Source: Antedon mediterranea (Eukaryota; Animalia; Echinodermata). From it: a stretch of 64,000 nucleotides of DNA. The notes under the pieces are model-generated. The model was not told where the DNA came from. It saw nothing but the letters and a program-made list of their open reading frames with translations, and searched no databases. Below are positions 1 to 11,843 of this stretch, one piece after another (position 1 is the stretch's first letter; every line of letters starts with the position of its first letter). The DNA is taken from positions 39,814,304 to 39,878,303 of the forward strand of contig NC_092671.1 in assembly GCF_964355755.1 (NCBI RefSeq), read 5' to 3'. A program made the position numbers and the translations under genes.

Positions 1-1065
1 GTGGCCATCGCCCAATGACAAGATCACAGCAGAAGTACCCAGCAACAATTAGAATTAATTAACGTGTAATCTTAGGTACCGTTTAATCAAAGTGTTTGAT
101 TAAAAGCTATTCAAATTTCGACGTGACTAGAGTATTATTATTATTAAGTATAACCTTCATGGTGTAAGTTACTTATCGAGATTAATAAAAACCAAATGGG
201 TTTCTGAAATAATCAACCTGTATACAATTTCAAATCTTCCACGAATAATGAAATTTAACCTTCATTTTTTATTAAACTACCCGTTCCATAATAAATCTCA
301 TAATGTTCTCGAGTTTGATAATTGGCTATTTCATTAATTTAAAGCATAGTAAAGTAGGCCTACATTATGTTGTTTTTGTTGAACTCGGAACAGCTTTTCA
401 AAGTTGTTTTAATTGGCATTAAAGAAAATAATAACACATGGTATTTATAGTCCTAATATGGCCACTCGTTGCCTTCAATGTCGACACAAACTCTTCCGAA
501 AGACCACGGATGATTGGTCCAGCCTTTTTTACATCTCTCTTTTCATCAGCTGTGTTGATTGTTCCCACGGTTTCATATACTAGTTTTTGTGTATCTAGTA
601 AAACAAATTGACAAATTAGAAGAGTATTTGATGATCGGGTCAAACCACTGGAACGTCAATCTTTAATTGAAAGTATACTTAAATTAATATAAAAACTAAT
701 CACTCGAACGTCTTTCTAGATAGGCGTAAGTGAGTGACGTCAAAATGCAAATGATCGAGGCACAGATTGCAGGAGGGCTTAATCAGGATTTATGGCGGTC
801 AAATACGTACCCATACTGGTTTAATGAACAATACAATGTCGAAATAAGTAACATATATATAAAGCTCTGTCTACACTCATGTGTCACATAAAATATGATA
901 GTGTAGACAAGGATTTGGTTTTTTATCGATGCAGCATCAATGACGAAAATAATACTAAAACGTCAAAAATAATTTTGCGGTCAAATTATAAATAAAAATT
1001 ATAATCTTGATTTTGTTATGATTAGTCAAATTCATTCGCAATATAAAATGTCGAAAGGAACGTTA

Positions 1066-1226
1066 AGCTCTGTCTAAACTATCAAACTTTATGGGACAAC
1101 AAAATGTGATGTGCCCATATATGGACATGATGATGTCATATCACTACCATATTTGGGCACATCACTACCATATTTGGACACATTAAACTTGTTTTGTCTA
1201 ACTTGTTTGATAGTGTAGACAGAGCC
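1066..1226. mobile_element. MITE family A (PIF/Harbinger-like, TIR AGCTCTGTCTACACTATCAAAC)
   Basis: Both TIRs present, TTA on both flanks, internal CACTACCATATTTGG repeats. A ~50-bp internally deleted copy lies at 863-912. Confidence 0.85.
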
Positions 1227-3039
1227 TTAGAATACTGTAGTGATTTCCAAAGCTAGGTTTATACCGAGACTTCGCGCGCAATTGCCCGTGCGTCCTTACA
1301 TTGCTCGTGCGTCCTTGCGTTGCGTCCAAACGTAAATGGAAAATGATTATAAAGCTGATGCCTGGAGAGCCAGCAGGTGTTTTGTTTTTAGAATGGGAAG
1401 GATGCAATTGATTGAATCACGGCATGTAACATACTGATGATCGCTCTCTTGTTTCATTTGTACAATTACAGGATCACTGTCGGGAAGCCTTATGCCTGAC
1501 AGGATCAATATCATGGTGTCATTTTAATAATTTAATAAAACGATAATAAATATCATTCGTATAAAGAAAAAACATCGGGCTTGGATTTCATCTTTCAACT
1601 TGTATCGTTAAATCAACATTAAGGTAGCCATATTCACCTTTACAAACACAATACCCTGAGATAAAATATCGCACTACTACTTATATACCATTCTGCCATA
1701 TTAAGATACAGGTTCATATACTGTAATGATCCAACCTACTTTATCTATCTATCTTTATGTATCTATTGTGGTTTGGTTTGAAATTATATAGGATACATGG
1801 AGAGTAGTAGAGTCTGAATGATGTAGGAACATTTGAGATTTAGACATCTGCGCAGGTGTAAATTGCTTATTGCATGACATAATGCATTTAAATATATAGG
1901 TATAATGCATATATTTATACGTGATACATGGCTACCAGTAGGTAAGCGACTAAAAAATTTATCAATCGGAGTTCAATACAGTATAGGCCTATTTCTTTGT
2001 TTTTGCATAACAACATTGTATATTCGATCGTGACAATATTCAAATAATTTGCGTTAAATGAAATCACATTGGTTACCAGCCTACGTTAGTTCAGTAGATC
2101 TCAACAAGCTGAATTGACGCGGCGTAAAGTATGTGTTGTGTTTATACTTTATACTTGTGACAACACTACTAAACCCAAGATGGCGGAAAAAGATGTTTAT
2201 AAGTCGCGTTTAATGGAACTTATTAAAATAGTTTGATCAATAACAATTCTAAGAATCCTCTTAAATATTTCGACAAGCCTCATTCCGCCTACGTTGTTTT
2301 AATAGTAGGCCTACTGAGCTCCATTTGCTGGCATAACGAGTATTTATGGGTTTTTTCCAAACCCATACAGTTAGGTCTACCTGGTGTTTTGCATCAAATA
2401 GGTGCAAGGGCCTCTCAGTAGGTCGTTAGGTTTAGACATCATAATTGCATGTTTATTACATTCATAGCATAGTTTCATTTAATATTATTTTCCCGATACC
2501 CGTGACGTTTTAATTTTTCAAGGTTGTATCTACGTTCAAAATCACGCGCGGTGGTACAATGCTTTTGTGGTCACGTGCGCAGCTTATACAGTGCGCTTTC
2601 CTATTATGAATGCGCGCGTATATAACCAGATAAAACCGGTCGTCCAACACATCTACTAAACACGTAGCTCTTTTGTTATAGTTCCAATATATCATGTTCC
2701 AATTTTTTTTAAGTAGGTCTGTTTACCCTCCAGCTACTGTTTAATCGAACATTATTCGCAGAAAGCTATTGACGTTTTGCTGATGGTAATTTATCTGCAA
2801 CCTCGGGTGGAACGACTCTGAACTTGTTACGTGTCTTCTCTAGATGTTTGAGGGCGTCTCATAATATTGGAAGGCCGAATAAACGAAACGAATTCATTCG
2901 GTGACTTGCCGGTGACTTTAGTACAACTACAGTATTTAATTTTCACTAATATTTTGTTCACCACAAGTTATAGAAAATTGAGATTCAAAACAAGGTACCA
3001 TCTATCATTGAGTATAGTAGGCGTGGTTACCGCGTTAAT

Positions 3040-3170
3040 TATCTGACGTCATTTCAACTACTGTTCACTTTTCATTTGTTTTTGAGTGGCGCTTCTTCTC
3101 ACAGAGATGATTGGACATTATCACGTGGTAGTCATTTACTAAATTGGATCCCTTTTTACGTTTATAAATT
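3040..3170 (+). promoter_or_regulatory. Putative proximal promoter of the RERG-like gene
   Basis: CRE TGACGTCA (3044-3051), inverted CCAAT (ATTGG ~3110), E-box CACGTG (~3122) and TATA-like TTTATAAA (~3161), in order, 150-280 nt upstream of the ATG. Motif match only. Confidence 0.45.
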
Positions 3171-3317
3171 GAGTGCGAGACACTTTACGTATACGTAGTC
3201 TTCCTTCACGAGGAATACACCACCTCGACATTTTGATCCGATCTCAGTGAAGTGAACAACAATTGATGTGGTTGTTGTCGCTGATATAGAGGACTTATGA
3301 AACACAAGGGACGTGAC

Positions 3318-3393
3318 ATGGCAAACTCCAGGAAGACGTATTCACGAGAAATGCTGTTTATGATCGTAGGACAAGACGGTGTCGGCAAATCAG
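3318..3393 (+). CDS. RERG: RERG/RASL11/RASL12-family small GTPase, coding exon 1
   Basis: ATG at 3318 reads MANSRKTYSREMLFMIVGQDGVGKS, containing the P-loop GxxxxGKS. It ends at the donor G|GTAAG (phase 1). The exact paralogue is uncertain. Confidence 0.88.
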
Positions 3394-3936
3394 GTAAGAT
3401 AATAATTTGTTATTAAATTACTTTTGCTTTAAACCTGGCCAGTGGGTTCTTTTTACCTCAAAAGGGCACTTTTTTTTCCACAAAAATTGGCGACAATTAT
3501 AAACGCTATATTGATGCATATTTATCATCACTGTTGGCTTCTTTGGAAAATGGGATTTCAGAAAGGGGTTCCTTCAAACCCTTCCCCCGGGCAACTGAAT
3601 TGTTTAAACTGTGTTATTTGATCGGATGTTCGTAACATTACGGTTGATCATTGTGCTAATGTGCTACGCATCGATCATCTCTGACATACACCAAGTAATT
3701 AAAGTCTTGCTCGTCGTGAGCATCGTTTACAATCAACTTAATTGTTAACGATGTTCGTTGGTGATGTGATGACAAGGGTTTCGGTGATTAAATACCAAAT
3801 GACGACGATGATGATGACGATGATGAGAATGAAAATGGTCCCAAAATGTCGTTGATGAGAATGACAATGTTAATGATGAAGAAGTTGATGAATCGATGGT
3901 AATGGTGAATACTGCACTTGTGCTTATTTTGTATCC

Positions 3937-4080
3937 AGTTTGGTTCCCACTAGCGTCGCAGCGCAAGCACGTTACGCAACGTAAGTGATTTGACCAATCA
4001 CAAGCGATGGACAATGGCTTGTTATTGGTCAACTCGATTGCCTTGCGCGTACGTCCTTGCGTTGCGTCTCTGGTGGGAAT
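3937..4080. mobile_element. MITE family B copy (RERG intron 1)
   Basis: TTGGTTCCCACTAGCG...CCAATCACAAGCGA...CGTCCTTGCGTTGCGTC...GTGGGAA, matching 31131-31309. Confidence 0.75.
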
Positions 4081-4115
4081 GTATGTTTTATTTTGATCTT
4101 GGAATAACAATATTG

Positions 4116-4252
4116 ACGAATGAATGATGAATGAACAAACGCATGAACGAATGAATGAACGAACGCATGAACGAATGGATGAATGAAGGAACGAACAAAC
4201 GATTGAATAAACAAAAGAAAAAACGACTGAATGAACGAACGAACGAACGAAT
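4116..4252. repeat. Degenerate (GAAY)n microsatellite
   Basis: Runs of GAAT/GAAC. Confidence 0.85.
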
Positions 4253-4817
4253 CAATGCTGATGGTGGATGAGATAATAATGTATTCCTGTTATTAAACTA
4301 CAGAACACAACATAACGTGTATGCCTTGGGGGGTTGGGGATGCCCCTAAATCTAGAAATGCAATTACTACAGTACGAGTCCCAAGTGGTCGGTGATAAGA
4401 ATTGCTTGTTTTCAGGAAATAACATGTTGTATACATTGTACACTCGAGAGTGAAGTGCCTTACTTGATTTATAACTTTAATTTTTAAGACCTTTCTCCTG
4501 AGAGCGTTTGAAGCATACTTGTCAATCATTAATAGATAACGTAGTAATAATTGAGTTACGGTATTAAAAGCGGATAAGGGTGAAATTGTAAGGGGTCATT
4601 AGGTAATATAGTAATAATGAGTTACGGTATTAAGAGCAGATAAGGGTGAATACTAAGGGGTCATTAGGTAGAATCATTATTGGAAAAAAACTAATCTCAA
4701 TTGGATGACTTTTATTAACTTGACTATAACATTCACATTTTAGACAAATTGGCTATAAGACTATTTTTTAGAAGGCCTAATGTATAGCATACACATTTAA
4801 ATAAAGAGAATACATTT

Positions 4818-5022
4818 AGTATTACATCTAACGAAATACTACAGTATTAAATCTAACGAAATACTACAGTATTACATCTAACGAAATACTACAGTATTAC
4901 ATCTAACGAAATACTACAGTATTACATCTAACGAAATACTACAGTATTACATCTAACGAAATACTACAGTATTACATCTAACGAAATACTACAGTATTAC
5001 ATCTAACGAAATACTACAGTAT
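4818..5022. repeat. 25-bp minisatellite, about 8 units
   Basis: Unit ACAGTATTACATCTAACGAAATACT. Confidence 0.95.
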
Positions 5023-5122
5023 TTTTCTCATTGTTTCATAATACCATTTTCGAAAATTAACATACTTAATGATGATGCTTTAATTTTCCTATAAATAACA
5101 AAGCTCAACCACTAAACTATAA

Positions 5123-5329
5123 AGCTCTGTCTACACTATCAAACAAATGTGTGATGTGCCCAAATATGGTAGTGATATGCCCAAATATGGTAGTGATATG
5201 CCCAAATATGGTAGTGATATGCCCAAATATGGTAGTGATATGCCCAACTATGGTAGTGATGACATCATCATGTTCATAAGGACACATCACATTTTTTGTC
5301 ACATAAAGTATGGTAGTGTAGACAGAGCT
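5123..5329. mobile_element. MITE family A copy with expanded internal 21-bp repeat
   Basis: TIRs AGCTCTGTCTACACTA / TAGTGTAGACAGAGCT, TAA TSD, about 5 copies of ATGCCCAAATATGGTAGTGAT. Confidence 0.88.
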
Positions 5330-7350
5330 TAACGCGCTATTATTAAGTCTTATGCTTCAATGCTGTGCGGTATTCATTTGTGAAAAGAAACAGTACTTAT
5401 ACTGAGGTTCTGTTTATGTGAACGTTTCATTGATTTAATATTTGAACTTCATAAGGAGATTGCACAGGTTTCTACAAGAGCAATAATATGATTAAGAAAC
5501 GTCTGATGATCAAGTATCCAATAATATTCGACGAGAGCACAAATATAGCACTTAGACGTCTTCAAATTGCATCTGATACAAAAGTTCAATAATCATTTTA
5601 ATTATAGACTAGTTTAAACGAAGTGTCCAGCAGAACTTTAAAAATGAAAAATGCTGCTCACTCGATGTCATGTGTTAGGAACTACGTACGCAGTGTTGCC
5701 AATGTACAAATTCATTCACCCCGATCGTTAATATTGACATTTTTACAAATGCACAATATCTAATATGTGGATTGAACCGCAACAAGGGGGACATAACCTC
5801 GACAATCATTACACAAACACAGTACAATCGTTACACAAGAAACAACGGCAAGATATTATTAGGCCTATTTTATATAAAAGTGGAATAGAAATATATCGAG
5901 GTGCAATTAAATGTAAATATTTTCGGTCACATGTCAAGAAATGTATCAATTCAAGTGCCAATCTAGCACGTACTTACATTTCTACCACTGTTAAGTAATT
6001 TGACAACGACAGGTGAAGGCACATTTTTTTCATTAAATTATTAAGACCAAACAGAGACACAGCAAAAGAACAGTATCAACTCACAGCTGCATCTTTACCA
6101 TTCAAAACCGTTTAAAATAACATTATCTATTTTAGTGCCAAAGCGTAATAAACTCGCAATTAAAACTAATTCTCGACAAACTGTTAAGTGAATTGGAATC
6201 AATCAAAACCCCACACACTCACATCTATGACGTGACAGTTTGTTATTTAATAATATAATGAAACTACTGTTTCCTTGCAGTGAACAGTGTTACAATTTGT
6301 ATAAAATCTGAATGCCACCACCCCCTTGTAAATTTCCTTGAAACCTTCACACATATCAAAATCAACCACGAAACAATTGCACATCAATTATTACTTGCAA
6401 ATAAATATACTGTACTACAACATTTAGTCTGGCGGAGTTTTGACTTAATAATACTGTAGTAAAAAGATATAGTAGTAGTTTAGCGTATGTGGCGTTTCAT
6501 ACGTATAATACATGAGCTTGTAAACTCTTTTCAGACAAAAATTGAAACGTCGGCGTGTGAACAAATATTAATAATAATTATTAATAGATAGATAGATTTA
6601 TATAGCGCAAATACACGATGCGCTCGACAAAAAAAGAAAGCATGGAAAACAAAAGAAAGAGAACAAAAAGACAAAATCACCATGCTAGCACCCAAAGCGG
6701 AGTATGGGGATTCACCATCACTCTAACATCGAAAAAGAAAATAAATACAGACTTGGGCCAGCTATACAAAATTCTTCTCTCACATTTTATTGACTGATGA
6801 CGTGATTTCTAAACACGTGATCAGTATTGTAATTTGCAGACCACTGTAAATCATACTGTCGACATTTTTATGTATACTTTGGGTATATGGGGCGCCACTT
6901 AACATGCCTTGCATAAATAATGTCCTAAACTGCGTCCCATAGGACAAATATATGTATGAAGAATAAATTCAATTTAGCTCACATGCAGGTATAAATATTA
7001 TTAACCGTATAATAATGTAGAGAAACATTCCGGAACTTTACTAATATAAGATTACTGACTAGTCTTCGTGACGACAAATTGCAAAAATGTGTTGATATTA
7101 AAGCACATGGGTATAGGGTAATTTGATTATAAACATTCAATATTTCGTAGAGTATTTGTCGCCAGTCAACAATATGCACGTGGTCTTCCTCTAACGCGAA
7201 CGCAGCGAACGCAGCGAACGCGAACACAGCAAACGCGAACGCAACGAACGCGAACGCAATGAACGCACCTAATTTACCAATCAAGCAACAGTTCGTGATT
7301 GGTCCAGCAATATTGGGCTCAAGATTAATAAAATCTTTTTCTCTTTTCAG

Positions 7351-7407
7351 CGATTGTTGTGAGATATTTGACTCATAGATTTATTGGTGATTATGATCCA
7401 CAACTAG
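7351..7407 (+). CDS. RERG: RERG-family GTPase, coding exon 2 (switch I)
   Basis: Acceptor TTTTCAG| and donor G|GTAAG flank a 57-nt exon reading (A)IVVRYLTHRFIGDYDPQL, the typical RERG/RASL12-like VRxLTxRFIGxYDP segment. Confidence 0.92.
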
Positions 7408-7860
7408 GTAAGCATCATGGATATGGATGGATGGATCAATTGAAATATGATATTATAAATTGATTATGTTGGAAATCAACCGTGCTGAACGATTGTAAAT
7501 CATTTATCCACAAAACGTCAGGAGTAATACCTTTGCCACTAAATAATTATTTAGTAATGAGAGTTCATGTTCCACTATGCGCCTGGTGATGTTTAAGTAT
7601 AAATTACATTCTAATCCCGTGACGTCATAGTAATCGAGTTGAAATGATCGTAATTGTCTAATGAAGCTATAGAGGCTAATAATGATATTTGATGCAAGTA
7701 TAAAATGCACCGTTGGGTAGGTACGTCTCCCGATAGGTCTGAACCTCTAGATAGACAGTTGAAGATGATTGATTGATCAAGGGTTAGGATATAAATTATA
7801 GGAGTTAGAACCTATCCTTTGGAACACCTCTATTTAGGGGACACTTTATTAGTATTCTAA

Positions 7861-7979
7861 AGCTCTGTCTACACTATCAAACAAGTTTGACGAAAGAAAG
7901 TGTGCTTATATGGCAGTCATTTTCCCAAATATGGTCCTACATCATGTACATTGGGCAGTTTGATAGTGTAGACAGAGCA
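7861..7979. mobile_element. MITE family A copy
   Basis: Both TIRs present, TAA flanks, shortened interior. Confidence 0.82.
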
Positions 7980-8310
7980 TAATATTTGTTACACTTTTGT
8001 GTTGGTTGCGTATAACCTTAGCCTACGTGTATTCTTACTGGTGTCAATATATAATATCGAGCACAATTGCAAGTATTGTACGTTGAATCTTCTTTCAATT
8101 TGAGAGGCAGATTTCATGGATTACTGTAATAGGTAATTGACGCAAACCAGCGGAAGTCCACTATCTACCTATATTCCCGCCTGTCTTACGCACCGGATCA
8201 TCCTCACGGATATGTGTACACTATTTAATTGATTTAGAGCAGAAACAACGTTACTACGATATTAAATGCATTACTGTATAGTTCACGTACGTTCAATGGT
8301 ATCTTTACAG

Positions 8311-8387
8311 AATCTGTTTATAGCCATATGACCAAGATTGATGATCAGTCGATACTACTTAAACTATGGGATACTGCAGGTGAAAAC
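8311..8387 (+). CDS. RERG: RERG-family GTPase, coding exon 3 (G3 box)
   Basis: TTTACAG| acceptor; reads (E)SVYSHMTKIDDQSILLKLWDTAGEN with DTAG; donor C|GTAAGT at phase 0, in frame with the last exon. Confidence 0.9.
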
Positions 8388-8424
8388 GTAAGTCCAGTGT
8401 CAACTCCAAAAGAGGGTTCGAATA

Positions 8425-8660
8425 GAGATCCAGGGGCGTCATTCAGATCCAGGGGCGTCATTCAGATCCCAGGGGCACCATTCAGATCCAGGGACGTCAT
8501 TCAGCTCTAGGGGCGTTATTTAGCGCCAGGCACGTCATTCAGCCCCAGGGGCGTCATTCAGCCCTAAGGGCGTCATTTAGCGCCTAGCACGTTATTCATC
8601 CCCAGGGGCGTCATTCAGTTTCATGGGTGTTATTCAGCTCTAATGGCGTTATTAAATTCC
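8425..8660. repeat. GC-rich ~20-bp degenerate minisatellite just after RERG exon 3
   Basis: Units like CCAGGGGCGTCATTCAGATC, about 11 copies decaying toward the 3' end. Confidence 0.88.
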
Positions 8661-9883
8661 AAATGAATCATTTTACTCGCATTAAATTTCAAAGAAACTA
8701 GATTTCAAATGTTCTATCAGCCCAAGGAATATTAAACTCAAAGAAATACCGCTAATGGAATTTTTTTTTAAATAAAAATATCTGAAAGTACACCTTGTAA
8801 AATAGTTTAAATGATACACGTGATGAATTAAGTTCTTTCGCATATAATGGGTTTCCTCTTCTTGATAATGACAATAATACATTTAAGCGCATTCAACAAC
8901 ATGTTTAACTTTTGTCTACCAACACAGTACCACTGACATTAACTCACGAATTCCTCATTGAACACAAATTACAAAAATGACGTCAATTATGTGATTTGCG
9001 TGACTTACTATTTGGTATGTTTACGATGAACTAAGAAACCAAAATAAGCAAGGGACGTTATACTCACTGCTGCAGTACTAAACATGAATAGTCCAACAAA
9101 AATAAGAAATCGTCTCCTGAAATATCTAAGGTCATTTATTACAGCATTATGAAATGTACTGCAGACATATGTCACATTCTTAACAGATGTTACATGCATA
9201 AAAACATTATGAAAATTTATTAAATCAAAATAAATTGTCAGAAATAGAAAAATCTATCATGGTTATGACATTTAAGCAGTATGACATACTGCACTGAAAT
9301 AGATGTTCACTGAATTATGGATAACAATCTAATTATCTGATGTTTATTTGAGTCAATGGTCGGAAATAGATGTACGAAAACACGTCCATTTAATAACAAA
9401 AATAAGCAATAATCTTTCTAAAATCGACATTCATTTCGCGATGGAAATCTGATGTTTATTTAAACCAAAATAAATGGTCGTAAAGCTAGATGTAAAAACA
9501 CATCAATTATGAAATCGATGGTAACTACACTCTTTAAAGGTAATACGTTACGACACTTATAATGACGGCCAAATTAAACGTAATGGAAATCAAATGAGCA
9601 ATTTTATTCCAAGAAATAGTCTTAATTATAAATTGGCCTACGAGGTTTAAATGGGTAATTGATGTAGAAATAGGTCTAATGCAGATACTAGCAATCAATA
9701 CTAGAGAGACATTAGTTTTCATAAGTCAAATAATCCTAATCTTCAGTTTGTCTTATTTTCCATTATCACAATTCATACCAATTCACCTGTAGGCTATTGT
9801 AGGACGTATTACGCGCATACAAATCCAGTATTTCAGTAGAAATAAATGTATGTTGTATATCCCAAGGTATTAATGAAACAAGT

Positions 9884-10025
9884 AAAAGATGGTTATCAAT
9901 TGTTAAAAAACAAAATAAAACATTCTATTTCGAAAGATGGGTAACAATCGTTAAAAAATAAAATAAAACATTATATTTCGAAAGATGGATAACAATGGTT
10001 AAAAAACAAAATAAAACATTCTAAT
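9884..10025. repeat. ~48-bp tandem repeat, about 3 units
   Basis: Unit like GAAAGATGGRTAACAATxGTTAAAAAAYAAAATAAAACATTxTATTTC. Confidence 0.8.
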
Positions 10026-10890
10026 CCGAGAGAGATACGATGTCGGTCCATAATTCTCTTACGTACACCCTCAATGAATCTGAGAAGATATAATCTCTCT
10101 AAAAATTCACCAACTCCTCTCTGTTTATGCCGTTTATACATTACGTCATCCTACTTAATTAATCATGCATAACGGATTGTAACTAGCGCCATCACGTCAC
10201 AGAGACATAACAAGATTTCCAAAAATACTCTCAAAAACATTTGCTCAGGTCATTGGGACCATAAATTACAATTAATTTTACCTATCATGCATTCCACCAA
10301 AATGTTTACACTGTCCTCGAATGTAAACATATCTATATCCGTTTAGTTTTCAGTAACTTCTTCCCTCGGTAAATAATGTAAACATAAATTGTCAAAACGG
10401 TAAAACCTTCATAATACACGGAGTTCTAAAGTTACAAAATCACGATCGAATACAGAAATAGGAATTAGTTTGACGATATAATGAAGTACACGAAATTCGA
10501 AAATGGTAGGCCTACCGTATTACATAAATGTACTGTTAATGATGATCCTGTCAAGTGTATAACAAAATATAAGAAAATTAATGAAAAAAGGAGTAATACA
10601 GAATTCATATATGTAAAAATGTTACTTATGAACTGTAACGACATTTACAAGTTAAATAATACGATTTTATGTAATATGAGATAATATGAATGTGAATAAA
10701 AGTGGTGTTTGCGCCACAAAAGAGAGAAAAAAAAAATGTACTGTTAACTAATAATATAATTTATGAAGATTTGTAATGAGAATCTGCCAAAGGTGTTTAT
10801 AACATTGTAATAATATGAAGTACTATCTTGAGTTAATCATTGTGTACCACCATTTTCTTTTTTAACCACGATTTTCTATTTCTTTAACAG

Positions 10891-11322
10891 CAAACCGAAG
10901 ATAATGATAGACACGAGCAAATACGTAAATGCGATGGATTCATATTCGTGTTTTCTCTGACGGATCGGGACAGTTTTAATTGTATGAAAGAATTACGAGA
11001 TAGAATTATTCGGATCAGACAACCGAACGACAAGATTGTACATTCCATCGTTATTGGAAACAAATCCGACTTGTCTCATTTTAGAAGTGTTGATTCGTCA
11101 GAGGGCGCTCTGTTTGCTAAAGAGCTCGGTGGTCAATACTACGAAATGTCAGCGAGCGATGGTTATTTGGACATTGTCGATGCTTTTCAAGATTTGTATA
11201 GAGAAATATTTAGGTCTGAAAAACGCGCCAAAGTGAAGAAGATTACTGCCAGGTTGCAATTGAGACAGACCATAAGAAACTTTACAGACAGGCACATACG
11301 AGCAAGGACTTATACACTATAA
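10891..11322 (+). CDS. RERG: RERG-family GTPase, last coding exon
   Basis: TTTAACAG| acceptor; reads QTEDNDRHEQIRKCDGFIFVFSLTDRDSF...VIGNKSDL (G4)...YYEMSAS (G5)...RARTYTL*. There is no CAAX box, as in RERG/RASL11/12. Joined CDS is 642 nt = 213 aa. Confidence 0.93.
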   Translation, partial: QTEDNDRHEQIRKCDGFIFVFSLTDRDSFNCMKELRDRIIRIRQPNDKIVHSIVIGNKSDLSHFRSVDSSEGALFAKELGGQYYEMSASDGYLDIVDAFQDLYREIFRSEKRAKVKKITARLQLRQTIRNFTDRHIRARTYTL

Positions 11323-11473
11323 TCCACTATTGGGATAAATTGTATAATGGAAATGATCAGACAATGAATTGAAGAGGTGACCTGTCGATAACGAACACAC
11401 GTACAAAAATAACTTTATTTAAATATAATAATATACGAACACACAGAGTTGATTCAACGAAGTAACAGTGTTA

Positions 11474-11659
11474 AGGCCAATTTACACAGACGAGCGGTAA
11501 CGGTAAGCAAAAACGGGTATAGGTTGTCCAACGTAGAATGTGTATCTTTATCCTGAGCGGTAACCGTCCGTCCGCTCCGCGTTGTGTGTAAATGGTCATA
11601 AATAATAACATAGATTCTAAATTTGTATTAACGTTACCGCTGTCTGTTTAAATAGGCCT
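11474..11659. mobile_element. Harbinger-like MITE in probable RERG 3' UTR
   Basis: Imperfect inverted ends AGGCCAATTTACACAGACGAGCGGTAACG / CGTTACCGCTGTCTGTTTAAATAGGCCT. Confidence 0.6.
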
Positions 11660-11709
11660 ATAAATTGTTCTACAGTAATTTAAAACGTCATTATTATGCC
11701 TATAGTATA

Positions 11710-11843
11710 AAGCTTGTTTCCTCCTTGGACGCAAAACAAGGGCGCGTACGTGCAACGCAAGTGAGTTGACCAATCACAAGCGACAATTGAGATGATCGTA
11801 ATTGGTCCTTTCGCTTACATCCTTGCGTAGTGGGAACCAAGCT
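11710..11843. mobile_element. MITE family B copy (RERG 3' region)
   Basis: AGCTTGTTTCC...CCAATCACAAGCGA...TAGTGGGAACCAAGCT. Confidence 0.72.

Noticed and set aside
1-643. Possible exon fragments (+ strand WPSPNDKITAEVPSNN* at 2-52; - strand ORF 419-643)
   Set aside because: No recognisable domain and incomplete splice support; may belong to a gene outside the window.
2180-2236. CAAGATGGCGGAA start-like or YY1 motif opening MAEKDVYKSRLMELIKIV*
   Set aside because: Only 18 codons, with no clear splice donor and no recognisable homology.
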